From Myxococcota bacterium (GTDB lineage: Bacteria; Myxococcota_A; UBA9160; UBA4427): a stretch of 21,638 bases of DNA. The stretch spans positions 1 through 21,638 of the forward strand of contig JAYZFK010000079.1 in NCBI GenBank assembly GCA_036336835.1, in the 5' to 3' direction. Numbering within the stretch: the stretch's first letter is position 1; each line of letters opens with the position of its first letter. The notes under the pieces were generated by a model. The model saw only the letters and a list, made by a program, of their open reading frames with translations, was not told where the DNA came from and did not search any database. A program made the position numbers and the translations under genes. This document shows positions 18,103 to 21,638 of this stretch, piece by piece.

Positions 18103-19008
18103 TCAGCCTGGATCGATGGGCGGTCCGACGAAGGCCCGGCCGCTCTCGTAGAGCGTCAGGCGCCCCTGGATCGCGTGAGCCAGCGTGTGATTCTGCGCAT
18201 CGACGGCTGTGTCGATCGCCGCGCGTGCGGTCACGACCGCCTCCTCCTGGCGCCCGACGGCTGCGTAGGCCGCTGCCAGCCCATCGAGCACGCGCGCGGT
18301 CTTCTCCTCTGCGGCTTCCGCCCGGCGGATGGCTTCCTCGGGTGCGCGGAGGGTCGGCTCGCTGCTGGTCGCAAGGACCCAGACCAGCGCGCCGAGGGCG
18401 CGGTGGTCGTCCGGCCGCAGTCTCAGCGCCTCGCTTGCGTGATACAGGCCGCGCGCCTCGCGGTGGATCTGGACCAGGACGAACGCAAGTCCCGCGTGTG
18501 CCGCCGCGTCGTCGGGGTCGTGTCGCAGTGCCTGCGTGTAGTGAAGCTGTGCGGCCTCGGCCATGCGACGTTCGAGCGCCAAATCCGCGAGGATGCGATG
18601 GGCCGTGCCGCGCTCAGTCGATTCGGCCAGCCTGCCGCGCGCGGCCTCGATGCGCACGTCGAGGTCGCGCATGCGGGCAACGCGGGCGAGATGGAGCGCG
18701 GGGTCGGGGTGCCCCGGCGAGAGCTGTTGGGCTTCGAGATAGGCGCGCTCGGCCTCGTCCAGGCGGTTGAGACGCTCCAGGACCGCGCCGTATAGCAGCT
18801 GGGCTTCGACGTCTCGCGGGTCGTGCTCGAGTGCGAGCGCGAGTTCCGCGGCTGCGGGCTCGAAACGGCCGGCGCGGACCAACTCACTCGCGCTCTCGAA
18901 GGCGGCTCGGGCGGCGTTGCTGTCAGCCCGGTCGGTACAAGCGCCAGCGAGCAGGAGGCACGCGGCGGCGCCCCAGACGCATGGGCCTCGCAAGAACGGT
19001 CGTGACAT
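18103..19008 (-). CDS. TPR-repeat protein, probable lipoprotein, ~301 aa
   Basis: ATG 19008 (alternative GTG 19041); signal 'LLLAGA-C'; repeated TPR signatures 'ALEHDP.D..A', 'AQQLSP.HP' and 'ALRHDPDDAAAH'. Confidence 0.85.
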   Translation of the reverse strand: MSRPFLRGPCVWGAAACLLLAGACTDRADSNAARAAFESASELVRAGRFEPAAAELALALEHDPRDVEAQLLYGAVLERLNRLDEAERAYLEAQQLSPGHPDPALHLARVARMRDLDVRIEAARGRLAESTERGTAHRILADLALERRMAEAAQLHYTQALRHDPDDAAAHAGLAFVLVQIHREARGLYHASEALRLRPDDHRALGALVWVLATSSEPTLRAPEEAIRRAEAAEEKTARVLDGLAAAYAAVGRQEEAVVTARAAIDTAVDAQNHTLAHAIQGRLTLYESGRAFVGPPIDPG

Positions 19009-19077
19009 GCGGGGATTCTCGGCTTGCCTCGATATCGCCACGTCGCGAACACCGCGGGGGGGCCTCGAGAGCCAGCG

Positions 19078-19112
19078 AGTATACCGGAAATCGTGGGTGA
19101 GAAGGTTATCCT
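19078..19112. promoter_or_regulatory. Back-to-back candidate -10 elements of a divergent promoter
   Basis: TATACT on the minus strand (19078-19083) and TATCCT on the plus strand (19107-19112), in an AT-richer patch between the divergent genes. Confidence 0.4.
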
Positions 19113-19153
19113 CTCATCCGGCGAGCGCTTCGGGCACGCGCGCAGGGGGCGAC

Positions 19154-21382
19154 TTGGCCGCGGCGACATCGCATGGCAACACGCTTCGCGCGCTCGGGTC
19201 CCTGGTGCTGGTGCTCGTGGGCGGCCTCGCCTACGCAAACGTGCTCGACGCGGGCTTTGTCTACGACGATCTGGTCAACATCACCCAGCGGGCGTCGCTG
19301 CGCTGGACCGAGCTCTCGCTGGCCAACTGGTGGTGGGCGATCGTCGACAGCCCATCCAAGCGGCCGGTGGCGCTCGCAACGTTCGGCCTTCAGTACTGGC
19401 TGGGCTGGGACGCCGCGCGCGACTTCCACGCGGTCAACATCGCGATCCACCTGCTGAACGGGCTGCTCGTGTGGCGGCTCGGGGTCGTACTGATGCGACG
19501 CGCCGTGGCGCCCGGCCAACCCGGCAGCCGGGGGGAGGTCGACGAGGCGACGATCGAGGCGGCCGCGTTCGTCGCCGCGCTGGTCTTCGTCGCCCATCCG
19601 ATCCAGACGCAGTCGGTGACGTACGTCGTGCAGCGGATGAACTGTCTAGCTGCCACCTTCCAACTCGCCGTGCTGCTGCTCTACGTCGCGGCGCGCCGCA
19701 GCGTGGTTCTGCGTCACCAGATTGGATTGTTCGCCGCTGCGGCTCTCGCCTGGTTGCTGGGCCTTGGCTCGAAGGAGAGTGCCGCGATCGCACCGCTCAC
19801 GCTGTGGCTCTACGAGTGGTATTTCGAGCAGGGACTCACCAGGGAGTTTGTGCGCCAGAGTGCGGTGTTATTCCTGGCGGTCGGGCTCCCGACGGCCGTG
19901 GCAGTGTTCGTGTTGCTCGCCATCGGCAGCTACGACCCACTCGGGACGTATCCCGAAAAGGACTTCACACCGTTCGAGCGGCTGATCAGCCAGCCGCGGG
20001 TGCTGGTGTTCTACGTCAGCGAGCTGCTGTGGCCGCTTCCGTCGCGGCTCTCGCTGCTCCACACGTTCGAGGTGTCACGAACTCCGTTCTCGCCGTGGAC
20101 GACGCTGCCGGCGGCAACCCTGGTGTTGTCCGCTCTGGCCGCCTGCGCCATCACCGCGGCCCGCTACCGCCTGCTCTCGTTCTGTGGACTGTGGTTCTTC
20201 GTGCACCTCGCCATCGAATCGAGCGTCGTTCCGCTCGCGTTGGCGATGGAGCATCGGCTCTATCTGCCGCTCGTCGGACCCTGCATTGGGCTGGCTTTCT
20301 TCGCGGCCACGCGCGTCGGCTCGGATCGGGGGCGTCGCAGTTGGGCCGTCGGGTTGGCGCTCGTGCTGATCGGGGCGCTGGGGGTTGGCACGCACATTCG
20401 CAATCGCGAATGGGCCACGCCGGAGGCGGTGTGGCGCGACGTGCTCCGCAAGTACCCGGATGACTTCGTCGCACGGCTCAACCTGGGGTTCCATCTGTCT
20501 GGCCGGGGGCGCTACGCGGAGGCGCTCGCCGAGTACGAGCGAGCGCGCGAGATCGAGCCCGAGGACACGCGCGTGTTCACGAACATCGGTAGCACGCTGG
20601 GCAAGCTCGGCCGCCGCGCGGAGGCGATCGCTGCACTCGAACACGCGCTCGAACTCGATCCCGACAATCCATTGGCGCCCGGTGCGCTCGGGGGCGAGCT
20701 GGTCTTGTCGGGTCGCATCGACGAGGCGGTCGAGGTGTTCCGCGACTGGACGAAGCGCCAGGGCAATGCCGAAGCGTGGCACGCACTCGGGCGGGCGCAG
20801 CTCCTGGGGGGGGATCTCGTGGAGGCGCGCGCGAGCTTCCAGAGCGGCGCGCGCAGGGCGCCCTGGAGCGCGGAGCTGCAGGTTGGGCTCGGACTCGTTG
20901 CGACCGAGCTCGAGCAGCGCGATCGCGCGATCGGCCACTTCGAGCGAGCGCTCGCGCTCGGGCCGAGCGCCGAAACCCATGTGCACCTCGGGCTCGCGCT
21001 GTGGCTGCGGCGTGACCAGGAGCGTGCCATCAGTCAGCTCGAGCGCGCACACGCGCTATCGCCGGATTGGCCGATCGTCCAGAACAATCTCGCCTGGATG
21101 CTCGCGACGGCAGCCGAACCCTCGCTGCGTGACGGCAACCGCGCGTTGCAGCTGGCGCGGCGCGGTGTCGAGGCGACCGAAGGTCAGGATGCGGAGATGT
21201 TGTCGACACTTGCGGCTGGGCTCGCGGCCGTCGGTCGCTTCGAGCAGGCGGCGGGTGTGGCGCAGCAGGCGGCCCAGCTCGCCGAGGCCCGTTCGCTGAC
21301 GGCGCTGGCTGCCGAACTCGTCGAACGCCGCGGCCTCTATGCGTCGGGGCGCCTGTATCTCGAGGTGGAGGAAGGGCCGTGA
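19154..21382 (+). CDS. TMTC-like (GT-C, DUF1736-type) putative protein O-glycosyltransferase with C-terminal TPR repeats, ~742 aa
   Basis: Start is uncertain (TTG 19154 after GGGGG, or GTG 19097). Motifs 'AYAN...FVYDD', 'RPV', 'FHAVNIAIHLLN', 'HPIQTQSVTYVVQR', 'SKE', 'EHRLYLP' and 'RNREW', followed by multiple TPRs. Confidence 0.88.
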   Translation: MAAATSHGNTLRALGSLVLVLVGGLAYANVLDAGFVYDDLVNITQRASLRWTELSLANWWWAIVDSPSKRPVALATFGLQYWLGWDAARDFHAVNIAIHLLNGLLVWRLGVVLMRRAVAPGQPGSRGEVDEATIEAAAFVAALVFVAHPIQTQSVTYVVQRMNCLAATFQLAVLLLYVAARRSVVLRHQIGLFAAAALAWLLGLGSKESAAIAPLTLWLYEWYFEQGLTREFVRQSAVLFLAVGLPTAVAVFVLLAIGSYDPLGTYPEKDFTPFERLISQPRVLVFYVSELLWPLPSRLSLLHTFEVSRTPFSPWTTLPAATLVLSALAACAITAARYRLLSFCGLWFFVHLAIESSVVPLALAMEHRLYLPLVGPCIGLAFFAATRVGSDRGRRSWAVGLALVLIGALGVGTHIRNREWATPEAVWRDVLRKYPDDFVARLNLGFHLSGRGRYAEALAEYERAREIEPEDTRVFTNIGSTLGKLGRRAEAIAALEHALELDPDNPLAPGALGGELVLSGRIDEAVEVFRDWTKRQGNAEAWHALGRAQLLGGDLVEARASFQSGARRAPWSAELQVGLGLVATELEQRDRAIGHFERALALGPSAETHVHLGLALWLRRDQERAISQLERAHALSPDWPIVQNNLAWMLATAAEPSLRDGNRALQLARRGVEATEGQDAEMLSTLAAGLAAVGRFEQAAGVAQQAAQLAEARSLTALAAELVERRGLYASGRLYLEVEEGP

Positions 21383-21638
21383 CCGGAGCCCGGGTGCCGT
21401 TCGCGGCCGCCGTGGTGGCCTCGCTTGCGATCTCGGTCCTCACGCTCGCGGTGTACTCGGGCACGCTGAGCTTTCCCTTTGCGTTCGACGATTACCTGAA
21501 CATCACGCAGAACCCCGGGATCCGCGTGGGTTGGGATCGGGACTGGAGCGGGGTGGAGTTGTGGCGACCGACGCGTCGTCCGGTAGCGAACGCGAGCTTT
21601 GCGTTGAACTTCGCGTTGGGCGTCTACGCGGTGGAGGG
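21379..21638 (+). CDS. Second TMTC-like protein, N-terminal part only (runs off the window; absent from the ORF track)
   Basis: GTG 21379 overlaps the upstream TGA and follows GGAGGAAGG. Translates as VTGARVPFAAAVVASLAISVLTLAVYSGTLSFPFAFDDYLNITQNPGIR...RRPVANASFALNF, matching the neighbour's 'FVYDDLVNITQ...KRPVALATFGLQY'. Confidence 0.88.
   Translation, partial: MTGARVPFAAAVVASLAISVLTLAVYSGTLSFPFAFDDYLNITQNPGIRVGWDRDWSGVELWRPTRRPVANASFALNFALGVYAVE

Overview
High-GC window from a diderm (Gram-negative-type) bacterium, judged from the TonB-dependent receptors and lipoproteins; Myxococcota/deltaproteobacterial-like is only a guess. Almost all of it is a cell-envelope modification locus. It holds seven polytopic membrane proteins of apparent GT-C glycosyltransferase type from about six different subfamilies (one truncated by the window end; an eighth may be represented by a tail at the window start). 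Two of these are tandem TMTC-like proteins. There is also a lipoprotein sulfatase-like enzyme with Thr in place of the formylglycine Cys/Ser and a TPR lipoprotein. Embedded in the middle are two tandem paralogous TonB-dependent receptors and an intramembrane-sensing histidine kinase with a sigma-54 NtrC-type response regulator. I saw no RNA genes, CRISPR arrays or mobile elements. Many ORF-track starts are over-extended and were corrected here; most other track ORFs are GC-rich shadow frames. All family calls come from motif recognition by eye, not from database searches.
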